A stretch of 64,000 nucleotides of DNA. Source: Armatimonadota bacterium. GTDB taxonomy: Bacteria; Armatimonadota; SYMT01. The first letter of the stretch is position 1; every line of letters begins with the position of its first letter. The notes under the pieces were generated by a model that worked only from the letters and a program-made list of their open reading frames with translations, searched no databases and had not been told where the DNA came from. Positions 9,551 to 18,719 of the stretch are shown piece by piece. Both the position numbers and the translations under genes were made by a program. The stretch is from positions 320,001 through 384,000 of the forward strand of contig JAWLHY010000001.1 in NCBI GenBank assembly GCA_041690135.1. Direction: 5' to 3'.

Positions 9551-10703
9551 GCTTGCCTCCACATTCCCCATTCCGATCCGCATCCACTGGCGGCTCATGG
9601 GCATGCTGGCTCCTCGGTGAGTTCGCTTCCTTCTCGTTATCGTTATCCTTATCCGCCCATCCCTTCCGCGGCCGACCCGCCGGGTCCGCCATGCCGTTCC
9701 CCGAACGCGGCAAGCCCCGCAGGTCCGGCGCGTGCTGCTCGATCTGCTCCACCGCCCTCCGCAGGATCTCCCGGACCGAGGGTTCGTCCTCCCCGGCGAA
9801 GCGCCACAGTCGCCGGCGTAACAGCGCCAACTGCTCCCGGTCCAGGGTCAGGCCCAGCCCCAGGGCGGCCCATTCCCGTACGGCCGGCTCGGGGTCCAGC
9901 AGGAACCCGCGGAGGAACTTCACTCCCTCCTTCCGGGTGAGCACTGCCGCCGCACCTGCCTCGCCGAACCGGGAGAGCGCCTGGGCCACGGTCGACCGCA
10001 CCCCGGCGACCGGCTCCCCCAGGATCGAGTTCAATACCGGAATCGCATCCGGGTTGTCCGTGCAGGCCAGGGGCAGCGCCGCCAGGCGTTGGGCCATCGG
10101 GTCTCCCTCGCGGATCACTTCCACCAGGTGCGGAAAGGCGGAAGGATGCGCCAACTGCACCAGCGCCGCCGAGGCGGCCTCCCGCACGCCCAGGTAGTGA
10201 TCCCGCAGGCGGGAGCAGAGGGCCGGAAGCACGCTTTCGTCTCCATACCGGCCCAGCACCGTGGCCACTTCGATCCGGAGGGCCACATCATCGAGAGCGA
10301 GGGTTTTCAGCAGCGCCACGCGGGCCGGAACTCCGCCGATCCGACCCAGCACCTCCACGGCCGGCAACCGGACCCGGGCCTCAACGGTGACGTTGGCCAG
10401 CAAGCGCCCCACCGGCTCTACCGCTTCGGGGCCCACGGCGACGAGGGCATCGGCAAACTGCCGCATCGCTTCCGTATCGTGGCGAGAACTCCAGCGGACC
10501 AGGCATGCGACGAGCAGCTTCACGGATGTTTCGCAACCGGGCCGCCCCAAGAAGGCCAGGGCCTCCCGGCAGGGCCGGAGGGTTTCTCCAATGGCCTGCT
10601 TGACTATCAAAAGCTCTTCTTCTCGTGGCCCGCCGGCTAGCTGCACGCCGCGCCGCCGCCGGCAGACCTCACAAGTTCGCCAATGCTCGACATGCGCCAT
10701 CAC
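9543..10703 (-). CDS. HEAT repeat protein
   Basis: VR..A...LG.IG and VREAASAAL repeats; GGAGGT SD upstream. Confidence 0.8.
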   Translation of the reverse strand: MMAHVEHWRTCEVCRRRRGVQLAGGPREEELLIVKQAIGETLRPCREALAFLGRPGCETSVKLLVACLVRWSSRHDTEAMRQFADALVAVGPEAVEPVGRLLANVTVEARVRLPAVEVLGRIGGVPARVALLKTLALDDVALRIEVATVLGRYGDESVLPALCSRLRDHYLGVREAASAALVQLAHPSAFPHLVEVIREGDPMAQRLAALPLACTDNPDAIPVLNSILGEPVAGVRSTVAQALSRFGEAGAAAVLTRKEGVKFLRGFLLDPEPAVREWAALGLGLTLDREQLALLRRRLWRFAGEDEPSVREILRRAVEQIEQHAPDLRGLPRSGNGMADPAGRPRKGWADKDNDNEKEANSPRSQHAHEPPVDADRNGECGGKHG

Positions 10704-10805
10704 GCGATCCGACCTCCGGCCCTCCGTACAGAAGGACTTACCGACCGAACATGCGGAACCTGCCCCCGATAACCTAACGATGATCTACTACGAAAGGAAC
10801 GCTCC

Positions 10806-11639
10806 GTGCCACCGATTGTGTCCTGGAACCCGCTGCGCTACGTGAATTCGATGATCGACGAGGGGAAGCCCACCCTCGAGGAAGTCCTGGCGGAAGCACG
10901 TGACCTGGGGATCACCCACGTGGAGTGGCACTACGGCGTCATCCAGCCGCACACCCTGGTGCACATCCGCGAGGTGAAGGCGCTGCAGGACCGCTACGGA
11001 ATCCAGGTGTCGCAGTGGACCTGCGCCCCGGACTTCACCCATCCCGACGCGGAAGAGCGCGCCCGCGTCCTGGAGGAGATGAAGAATGAGGTGGACGTGG
11101 CGAGGGAGATCGGCGCCGCGGGCGTGCGGGTCACCGCGGGCTGCCGGCACGAAGGGGTCTCGGAGGAGCAGGGGATCGAGTGGGCCGTCCAGGGGATCCT
11201 CGCGCTGGCCGAGTACGCCGAACCGCGGGGCGTGAAGCTGGGCTACGAGAACCACTACCGCGATCGCCGCTGGACCCATGAGGATTTCTCGTTCCGGCAG
11301 GAGACGTTCCTGGCGATCTTCGACCGGATCAAGGACAGCTACGCCGGGGTGAACTTCGACTGCTCCAACCAGTTGATGACGCACAACGACCCGATGTCCG
11401 TGCTGGAGATCGTGAAGCACAAGGTATGGCACTGCCACGCGAGCGACCGCTTCCCCGGGCGCTACGACCACAGCGTCATCGGCGAGGGGAGCGTGGACTT
11501 CGACCCGATCTTCGCCTGCCTCGCCTCCATCGGCTACAACGGCTACATCAGCATGGAAGACAACAACCCCGAGGGTCACGAGGGGACGGTGCGCGCCGTG
11601 GCCTTCGTGCGGCGGAAGATCGCCGAACACTGGAAGTGA
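10806..11639 (+). CDS. Sugar phosphate isomerase/epimerase (AP endonuclease 2 TIM barrel)
   Basis: LGYENH, NFDCSN, HCHASD, IGEGSVDF and YNGYISME metal-binding motifs. Confidence 0.9.
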   Translation: MPPIVSWNPLRYVNSMIDEGKPTLEEVLAEARDLGITHVEWHYGVIQPHTLVHIREVKALQDRYGIQVSQWTCAPDFTHPDAEERARVLEEMKNEVDVAREIGAAGVRVTAGCRHEGVSEEQGIEWAVQGILALAEYAEPRGVKLGYENHYRDRRWTHEDFSFRQETFLAIFDRIKDSYAGVNFDCSNQLMTHNDPMSVLEIVKHKVWHCHASDRFPGRYDHSVIGEGSVDFDPIFACLASIGYNGYISMEDNNPEGHEGTVRAVAFVRRKIAEHWK

Positions 11640-11649
11640 GGGTAGGGGT

Positions 11650-12318
11650 CTGGCCAGGGTACTCTTAGGTATCACCGGTTCCGTGGCGGCGGTCAAGGCG
11701 CCGGAGCTCTTCCGGGCGCTGCAGGCCGCTGGGCACGAGGTCCGCGCGGCCGCCACCCGCCCGGCCCTCGCCTTCTTCGACCCCGCCGAACTGCCGGGCG
11801 CTCCCGAAGGGGTGACGGAGTCGAGGTCACCGGGCGTACTGCCTCCGGGGAAGTGCCATCCGCGGCTCTACCTGGATGAGGACGAGTGGCCCGCGACCGG
11901 CCTTTTCCGGGTGGGGGAGCCGGTTCTGCATATCGAGCTGCGGAAGTGGGCGGACGTTCTTCTTCTTGCTCCGCTGGATGCGAATACCCTGGCCAAGCTG
12001 GCCCTCGGCCTGTGCGATAACCTGTTGACCTGCGTCTACCGCGCCTGGGACTTCGAGCGCCCCGTGGTGCTGGCCCCCGCCATGAACACCCTCATGTGGG
12101 AGCATCCCGCCACGGCCCGCCATTTCCGGCAATTGCTGGAGGACCACCGGGGGGCTCCGGTCGAACCGGGGAGTGACGCGCTCCAGGTCTGCCAGGCCAT
12201 CAACACCACCTGTCCACGGCTTCGCGTCGTCCCCCCGGTCAGCAAGCGACTGGCCTGCGGCGACGAAGGCCTCGGCGGCATGGCCACGATCGCCGATCTG
12301 GTCGCCGAACTTGCATAG
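11650..12318 (+). CDS. coaC: Monofunctional phosphopantothenoylcysteine decarboxylase (HFCD flavoprotein)
   Basis: RVLLGITGSVAA, HIELRKWAD, APLDANTLAK, PAMNTLMW, LACGDEG; the conserved N-terminus begins at CTG 11650, upstream of the ORF-track start. Confidence 0.85.
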   Translation: MARVLLGITGSVAAVKAPELFRALQAAGHEVRAAATRPALAFFDPAELPGAPEGVTESRSPGVLPPGKCHPRLYLDEDEWPATGLFRVGEPVLHIELRKWADVLLLAPLDANTLAKLALGLCDNLLTCVYRAWDFERPVVLAPAMNTLMWEHPATARHFRQLLEDHRGAPVEPGSDALQVCQAINTTCPRLRVVPPVSKRLACGDEGLGGMATIADLVAELA

Positions 12319-12329
12319 GTCACCAGACA

Positions 12330-12900
12330 GGCGTGAAACGTGAAGCTGTCGTCCAAAACTGTTGAGCCGCGCGGAAGTGGCGCCTCGTGGTAGTCTGTGG
12401 TTCCCAAGCCGGAATGTGAAACGTAAAACGTGAGGCTCGTGGCAGGAAAGAGCGGTCTCTGTCCTCAAACCACCCAACGACGAACGGAGACCCCTGGCTT
12501 GTAGTCAAGCGCTTTAGCGCTGTCCGTATTTGCGTTGAGGAATCCGGCACCCGTGCCCTGGGGAACCGTAAACCCTGTAAGCAAGATCTGCTCAGAGCAT
12601 GCGCCGTCACCAAGGTCGCAAGCTCGCGGGCTAAAGCCCGGCTACTACAAACCGGAGGCGAAACGTAAGCACTGCAGCCGGCCACGCCCCAGGCACTTAA
12701 GCATCACGCATCACCATCCACGTCCGAAGTAGAACTCTCGTCTCACACCAACCCATAGCACGTCAGCAAATCACGCATCACGTTTCACGCATCACGCCCG
12801 AGGCAGCACTCACGCCCCACACCTAGCCGCCGCACGTCAGCAAAATTACGCAATACGTAATACGCAATACGCAATACGCATCACACCTCGAGCCCGAAGC
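12330..12900. repeat. Composite intergenic repeat: REP pair plus heptamer tracts
   Basis: GTAGTCAAGCGCTTTAGCGC (12501) and CGCGGGCTAAAGCCCGGCTACTAC (~12625); CGTGAAA-type tracts on the left, TCACGCA/ATACGCA tracts on the right. Confidence 0.8.
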
Positions 12901-12951
12901 AGAAATCTCGCCCCAAACCAGGCCATTGTACGTCACCAACCATCACAAACC

Positions 12952-13623
12952 ATGAACCCCATCGTCCAGGTATCCCTCGACCTCATGACCATCGAAGACG
13001 CCATGCCGGTCGCCGAGACGGCGGTCCGGGCGGGCGTGGACTGGCTGGAAGCCGGTACGCCGCTCATCCTGGGAGAAGGTCTGCACGCTGTCCGGGCGCT
13101 GCGGAAGGCCTTTCCGGAGCACCCCATCGTGGCGGACCTCAAGACCATGGACGCCGGCTATCTCGAAGCGGAGATGATGTTCAAGGCGGGCGCCACCCAC
13201 GTGGTGGTGATGGGGGTCGCGCATCCCGCCACCATCGCCAATGCCGTCCGGGCAGGGCGCGACTATGGTGGTAAGGTGATGGGGGACATCATGGTCCATC
13301 CCGACAAGCCGGCCTGCGCCCGGATGATGCAGGATCTCGGGGTCGACTACATCATCGTGCACACGGGCCTGGACGAGCGCAACGCCGAGAAGGACAAGCA
13401 CCCCTTCGACGACCTTGCCTCTGTGGTGGAAGCGGTAAGCATCCCCGTCCAGGCGGTCGGCGGGCTCACGCTGGAGCAGGCGGTCCAATGCCCCAAAATG
13501 GGCGCCCCGCTGGTAGTGATCGGCGCGCCCCTGGTGGTGGACAACGAAGAGTTCAAGCCCAGCACCACCGACACCCGCCTCTACGACCTCCTCCACCAGA
13601 TCGTGACCCAGGTGAAGGGGTAG
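12952..13623 (+). CDS. hxlA: 3-hexulose-6-phosphate synthase (OMP decarboxylase superfamily)
   Basis: QVSLD, WLEAGTPLI..EG, VADLKTMDAG.LE, HTGLD, VQAVGGL. Confidence 0.85.
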   Translation: MNPIVQVSLDLMTIEDAMPVAETAVRAGVDWLEAGTPLILGEGLHAVRALRKAFPEHPIVADLKTMDAGYLEAEMMFKAGATHVVVMGVAHPATIANAVRAGRDYGGKVMGDIMVHPDKPACARMMQDLGVDYIIVHTGLDERNAEKDKHPFDDLASVVEAVSIPVQAVGGLTLEQAVQCPKMGAPLVVIGAPLVVDNEEFKPSTTDTRLYDLLHQIVTQVKG

Positions 13624-13744
13624 GGACATCCCTTTTGAGTCCGCGGAGGTTTACGCCCGGGTACCCACGAAGTGGGTGTGGGCGCGGACTTCGGTCAGTC
13701 AGCCCCGGATTTCAATCCGGGGTCCTGAAAGAAAGCACTAACCC

Positions 13745-14263
13745 ATGGCATTGAACAACAAGCGTGTTCTCGTGTTCGCGGAGAACGATTACGAAGATCT
13801 CGAACTCTGGTATCCGAAGCTCCGCCTGATCGAGGCGGGGGTGTCCGTCACCGTGGCCGGCCCGCGCGAGATGGTCTACAAGTCGAAGCACGGTTACCCG
13901 GCGCAGACCGACGGCAACGTTGCCGACTTCAACCCGGCCGACTTCGACGGCGTCGTGGTCCCCGGCGGCTGGTGCCCGGACCGGCTGCGGCGGTATGAGG
14001 AGGTTCTCTCCTTCACCCGCGAGATCGCCAACGCCGGGAAGCTGGTCGGCGCCATCTGCCACGGCGGCTGGGTACTGGTCTCGGCCGACGTGCTCCGCGG
14101 CAAGCGGTGCACCTCCGTGGGCGCGATCAAGGACGATATGAAGAACGCCGGCGGGGTGTGGGTGGACGAGCCCGTCGTGGTGGACGGCGGCCTGGTGACC
14201 GCCCAGGTACCGAAAGACCTCCCCGCCTTCTGCCGCGAAATGCTCGCCGTGCTTGGCAGTTAG
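13745..14263 (+). CDS. PfpI/DJ-1 family protease/deglycase
   Basis: YEDLELWYP, VVPGGWCPD.LR, AICHG nucleophile motif. Confidence 0.92.
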   Translation: MALNNKRVLVFAENDYEDLELWYPKLRLIEAGVSVTVAGPREMVYKSKHGYPAQTDGNVADFNPADFDGVVVPGGWCPDRLRRYEEVLSFTREIANAGKLVGAICHGGWVLVSADVLRGKRCTSVGAIKDDMKNAGGVWVDEPVVVDGGLVTAQVPKDLPAFCREMLAVLGS

Positions 14264-14273
14264 GAGAACGCCC

Positions 14274-15269
14274 GTGAGTCAGGTTGGCTGGGGAATCATC
14301 AGCAGCGCCAAGATCGCCCGGAACGCCCTGGTGCCGGCGATCTCGGCGGCGTCGAATGCTCGTCTCGTTTGTCTCGGCACGCCGCGGCCGGACCGCGTGG
14401 CGGAGAATGCCGCGCAGTACGGCTACCGGACCGTTCCCTCGTATGAGGCCGTTTTGGAGGACGCGGAAGTCCAGGCCGTGTACAACCCGCTTCCCAACGG
14501 GCTGCACGCCGAGTGGAGCATCCGGGCGATGGAAGCGGGCAAGCACGTCCTGTGTGAGAAGCCGTTTACCGTCACCCCCGCCGAGACCCGCGAGATGATC
14601 GCCGTCTCGCAGCGCACCGGAAAGCGGCTGATGGAGGCGTTCATGTACCGCTTCCATCCCCAGATGGCGCTGGCGAAGCAGGTGCTGGACAGCGGCCGCC
14701 TGGGCGAGTTGCGCGTGATCCGGGCGAGCTTCACCTTCAACCTGGCGCCCAATGCGGAGAACCCGCGTTACCAGCGGGATCAGGGCCCCGGCGCCCTGAT
14801 GGACGTGGGTTGCTACTGCGTGAATGCCGCCCGCCACTTTAGCGGCGGTGCTCCTTCCGCCGTCTCCGCCTGGGCTACCTGGCACGAGGAAAGCGGCGCA
14901 GATCTGACCACGGTCGGCACGCTGGAGTATGCCGGGCATGCTGCTCTTTTCGACTGCAGCTTCGAGGCGACCGGGCGGAGCGGGATCGAGTTGGTCGGCA
15001 GTCTGGGCCGGCTGGAGATCCCCAAGCCCTGGCTGCCCGGCACCGATCCGGCCGTGCTCCGCGTCCACGACAAGGACGGGACGGAGGAGCTCACCACGGA
15101 GGGCGTCAACCACTATGCGCTGATGGTGGAGCACTTCAGCGATTGCATTCTGAACGACCGGGCGCCGGTGCGCGGTCCGGAAGACGCCCTGGAGAACATG
15201 CGCGTCCTGGAAGCGCTCCGCCGCAGTGCCCGCGAACACCGCCGGGTGGAACTGGCCGAAATCGAATGA
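14274..15269 (+). CDS. Gfo/Idh/MocA family oxidoreductase
   Basis: WGIIS.AKIA, YNPLPNGLH.EW, GKHVLCEKP, MEAFMYRFHP, GALMDVGCY; GTG start with AGGAG SD. Confidence 0.93.
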   Translation: MSQVGWGIISSAKIARNALVPAISAASNARLVCLGTPRPDRVAENAAQYGYRTVPSYEAVLEDAEVQAVYNPLPNGLHAEWSIRAMEAGKHVLCEKPFTVTPAETREMIAVSQRTGKRLMEAFMYRFHPQMALAKQVLDSGRLGELRVIRASFTFNLAPNAENPRYQRDQGPGALMDVGCYCVNAARHFSGGAPSAVSAWATWHEESGADLTTVGTLEYAGHAALFDCSFEATGRSGIELVGSLGRLEIPKPWLPGTDPAVLRVHDKDGTEELTTEGVNHYALMVEHFSDCILNDRAPVRGPEDALENMRVLEALRRSAREHRRVELAEIE

Positions 15270-16042
15270 AGCCAGCCAGCCAGTTCGCTTCCTTCAATCC
15301 CGCGGATCTTCAGGGCCGGGTGGCCCTGGTCACGGGCGCCGGCGGCGGTATCGGCCGAGCGGTCGCCCGGCGCTTTGCCCAGGTCGGCATGCGCGTCGTC
15401 CTGGCCGACCTCCACGCCGCCTCCCTTCAGGAGACGGCGAACGAGCTGGCCCCGGCTGAGACGCTGCAGTGGTGCGGCAACCTCACGATGGAGCCGGAGG
15501 TCAAGGCGCTGTTCCAGCAGATCGGCGACCGGTTCGGCCGGCTCGACATCGCCGTCAACGCCGCCGGGGTGCTGCGGACCACGCCCCTGGAAGAGATCAG
15601 CAAATCGGAGTGGGACAGCGTGCTCGACGCGAACGCCGGCAGCGCCTTCCTGGTTTGCCGGGAATGCTGCGCGCCGATGCGTCGCCAGGGGTGGGGGCGC
15701 ATCGTCAACTTCTCCAGCGTCGCCGGCCAGGTGGGCGGCATCCTTTCGGGCGCCCACTATGCCGCCAGCAAGGCCGCCGTCCAGAGCCTCACTCGTTCCA
15801 TTGCCAAGCATCTCGCGCCGCACGGCGTGCGCTGCAACGTCGTTGCGCCGAGCGGGGTGGAGACGGACATGCTGCGCCAGTTCTCCTCGGAGCAGTTGGA
15901 GACGCTGCGGACAGGCATCCCCCTCAACCGGTTCGGCGCGGCCGAAGAGATTGCGGAGCTGGTGCTGTGGCTGGTCTCCCCGGCCGCCGACTACATCACC
16001 GGCCAGACCATCAACATCAACGGCGGCGCCTACCTCGGCTAG
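15266..16042 (+). CDS. SDR family oxidoreductase (FabG-like)
   Basis: TGAGGGIG, VNAAG, YAASK, YITGQTININGG. Confidence 0.93.
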   Translation: MKPASQFASFNPADLQGRVALVTGAGGGIGRAVARRFAQVGMRVVLADLHAASLQETANELAPAETLQWCGNLTMEPEVKALFQQIGDRFGRLDIAVNAAGVLRTTPLEEISKSEWDSVLDANAGSAFLVCRECCAPMRRQGWGRIVNFSSVAGQVGGILSGAHYAASKAAVQSLTRSIAKHLAPHGVRCNVVAPSGVETDMLRQFSSEQLETLRTGIPLNRFGAAEEIAELVLWLVSPAADYITGQTININGGAYLG

Positions 16043-16050
16043 CTACTCAG

Positions 16051-16091
16051 AAAAAACAGGCCTCGTGCGACTTTGCCGCACGAGGCCTGTC
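16051..16091 (-). terminator. Terminator between convergent genes
   Basis: ACAGGCCTCGTGCG/CGCACGAGGCCTGT stem with an A6 run on the left (U tract on minus). Confidence 0.75.
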
Positions 16092-16101
16092 TGGAACCTT
16101 A

Positions 16102-17052
16102 CTACTTTTCGTGCTTCAGGATCTGCGTGTCTGCCGATCCCGCTTCCACAATGTACCAGCGGCCGCCGGTCCGTTCGAGCACGTAGGAGATCTGGGTCTC
16201 CTGGCGCTTCTTGTCTTCGTCCATGAAGACGTGCTTCCCGGCCACGAAAACTCGGCCGTCCTGCAGCGACTTCGGCCGCTCCAGGTCGAACGCCGTGGTA
16301 TCGAAGCGGGTCATCGCTTCCTTGGCGACGTTCAGAAACTCCTTTGCCGAGACGGAGTACTTGAACTTGCCGTCCGGATAGATCCCAATCGTCCCTTCCG
16401 GCTTGAAGCGGGCCTGGAGCCGTTCGTAGTCTCCGTTCAGCCAGGCCTTGCGGATATCGTCCACCGCATCGGGCAGGGCTTCCGACTGCCCCTTACCGCC
16501 CAGGTAGAAGTCTTCCTTCAGCGCTCCGCCGCGCGGCTCCACCGGCCGGGCGGGTTCCGTCCGCTGCTGCGGCGCGGGCTGCTGGGTCGGCTGCTGGGCT
16601 TGCCCGTTACTGCCTTCGCGCAGGATAATCACCCCCTGCTGCTGCGACTGCAGCGGAAGGCCGTTGTACCCGTACTGGATGCCCAGGTAGGGGTTCGGCA
16701 GTACGGGCGTTCCATAGTAGTAACCCGGATAAGGATAGGGGTACACCGGGGGGAAAGGGACGACCGGCCGCGGTGTCACCACCTGGTAGCGCGGGTTGTA
16801 GCGTCCGTACAGGAACTTGTCCGGATTGGGTGCGGTCGCCCGCATCCGCATGAAGTCCCGCTGCAACAGCTCCTCGGCCTGGGACTGCGGCTGGTACGGC
16901 GGGAGCGGCACCACATAACTCTGTCCCGGTCGCGAGTGCGGAGGGCGGTGGCGGGTACTGTCCGCGGTCTGCGCCGTCGCCGGGGTAGTACTGCCGGCCA
17001 GCAGTGCCAGAGCCAGCGCTGCGCCTTGTTCCATTCCAAACTTTGGTCTCAT
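16102..17052 (-). CDS. Secreted hypothetical protein with Pro/Tyr/Gln-rich region and possible C-terminal NTF2-like domain
   Basis: Signal peptide; low-complexity middle; C-terminal DIRKAW..GD...YVLERTGGRWYIVE pattern. Confidence 0.7.
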   Translation of the reverse strand: MRPKFGMEQGAALALALLAGSTTPATAQTADSTRHRPPHSRPGQSYVVPLPPYQPQSQAEELLQRDFMRMRATAPNPDKFLYGRYNPRYQVVTPRPVVPFPPVYPYPYPGYYYGTPVLPNPYLGIQYGYNGLPLQSQQQGVIILREGSNGQAQQPTQQPAPQQRTEPARPVEPRGGALKEDFYLGGKGQSEALPDAVDDIRKAWLNGDYERLQARFKPEGTIGIYPDGKFKYSVSAKEFLNVAKEAMTRFDTTAFDLERPKSLQDGRVFVAGKHVFMDEDKKRQETQISYVLERTGGRWYIVEAGSADTQILKHEK

Positions 17053-17160
17053 CTCACGCTCCTCTCCGGCTCGCTTTGATCTGCTTCTATACTCCGGTCC
17101 TGCCGGGCCCCGGTTTCTCCGAGCGCTGCGAGCTTATCCATGATTGGACTTACTAGAAGA

Positions 17161-18375
17161 TTAGCCGGTTGCTCTTGTTTCTGTTAACGGTCCGGTTCGC
17201 CGGGCGATGCTCTGCGGCCGCTTCAATCGTTCGATCATCTGTCGTGCCCGCAACAACCCGCTTTCCGCGGACTCGAGTTCGCCAGCGGCCAGAGACCGGT
17301 TCGCCGCCACGAATGCCTCGCGGATCGCCTCTTGAAGAGACGTCGCCGGCCGCGGCCGCTGTCGGATCAGCCACATCTCGTAGTTGCGGACCGCACCATA
17401 CAGTTTTTGCCCGAGAACCAAACGCTCCGCCTGCCCTCCGGGAGCGACGTTCTCTTTCATACTTTGTTCCCAATCCGTGCGGAGTTGATCCCAACTCCGG
17501 CCGAACGCCTCTTGAAAAGTGGCTTGCACCTTCTCGGGGTCCGGTAAGCGGCGTGCGTCCGCGGCACGTGGACCGCGTCGGGGACTGCGAAGACGGGCGC
17601 GATCCTCGTTGCTGATCAGCCGTCCGCGTGCTTCGCTGTACTTCTCCGCGAAGGCCCGCGTTCGCTCCCAGCCAAACCGATCGGCCAGGAACTGCACCAA
17701 CAGGGCACTCTGGACGTATTGAGCGGTCCGGATTTCGGCATCCACCTGGGGGTTGGCTGGGAACTCGCCGGTGATAAAGAAGGCGTCCGGGTCGATCCAG
17801 AGACCGGCGTCCTTCAATGCGTGTCCCCACCACGGTCGGAGAGGGATGCTATTGAACCCACCCGCACCCCAATCCGCGATGCCTTCCCCCAGCGCACTGC
17901 CCGCCAGGGGCCCGGAAAACAGGTGGGCGATCTCATGCGTCAGCACGTACTCCGCGGAGAGCCCGAGGTACTCCAGGTCCGCCAGGCGCACTCCGATCAG
18001 CGGCGGCTCCTCCGGCTTCTTCGGGTTGGCTGGGCGTGCGAAGCCCGTCGCCCCTTCAAAATCCGGGGTCAGGTCCAGGCGAACTCGGGCTCCGGGTGCG
18101 GCCGAAGAACCGAAGACTCGCTCGCAACGCGCCCAGCCGGCTTCGGCAATCCGTCCGGCCGCTTCCGCACGCTCGCGACCCAGGACCCGGGGATCCCACT
18201 CCACCCGAAAGTGCGCCGTCTCCAGGTGCTCCAGCGGCTTCTGGGCTTCCCGGTTCTGGCCTTGCACCAGGACGGCGGGCGCACGGGTGACCATCGTTGC
18301 GGCCGGAGCCCCCGCGCCCCACCCAAAAGCCGTAGCAACCACCCCAATCGCCAACCAATTCTGACTTTGCCGCAT
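17161..18375 (-). CDS. Secreted zinc metallopeptidase (gluzincin/peptidase MA-like)
   Basis: Signal peptide, ETAHFRV, HEIAH followed by EGIAD, Y..S.LLVQFL...FG. Confidence 0.75.
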   Translation of the reverse strand: MRQSQNWLAIGVVATAFGWGAGAPAATMVTRAPAVLVQGQNREAQKPLEHLETAHFRVEWDPRVLGRERAEAAGRIAEAGWARCERVFGSSAAPGARVRLDLTPDFEGATGFARPANPKKPEEPPLIGVRLADLEYLGLSAEYVLTHEIAHLFSGPLAGSALGEGIADWGAGGFNSIPLRPWWGHALKDAGLWIDPDAFFITGEFPANPQVDAEIRTAQYVQSALLVQFLADRFGWERTRAFAEKYSEARGRLISNEDRARLRSPRRGPRAADARRLPDPEKVQATFQEAFGRSWDQLRTDWEQSMKENVAPGGQAERLVLGQKLYGAVRNYEMWLIRQRPRPATSLQEAIREAFVAANRSLAAGELESAESGLLRARQMIERLKRPQSIARRTGPLTETRATG

Positions 18376-18719
18376 CCGTTGGTGTCCTCGCCGTTACTCC
18401 GTTTCAACCCAGTATACGGCTCGCACGGCTGTTTGTAACCAATGTCGAAAACCTGGTTCCCAATGACGAGGAGATTCTGCGTCCCGGGCGTAAGTTAACC
18501 GGGAGCCAAGGGGTCAGGTTTCGAGTGGTGCGGTAGTCTCTTTGGAAACTCCACCGCTGTCAGGTTCCGACACCGGGCGCCCACGGAGATATACGCCCGG
18601 GCCGGGCACCCTTTGGGTGGCGCTTGCGGGTGTGGGTGTGGGCAGCGTGCTTTACCAGAGCCCGACCGTTCAGGGTCGGGGTGAGTTGGGAATCTCCCCA
18701 GGCCAGAACAGCGATCACC

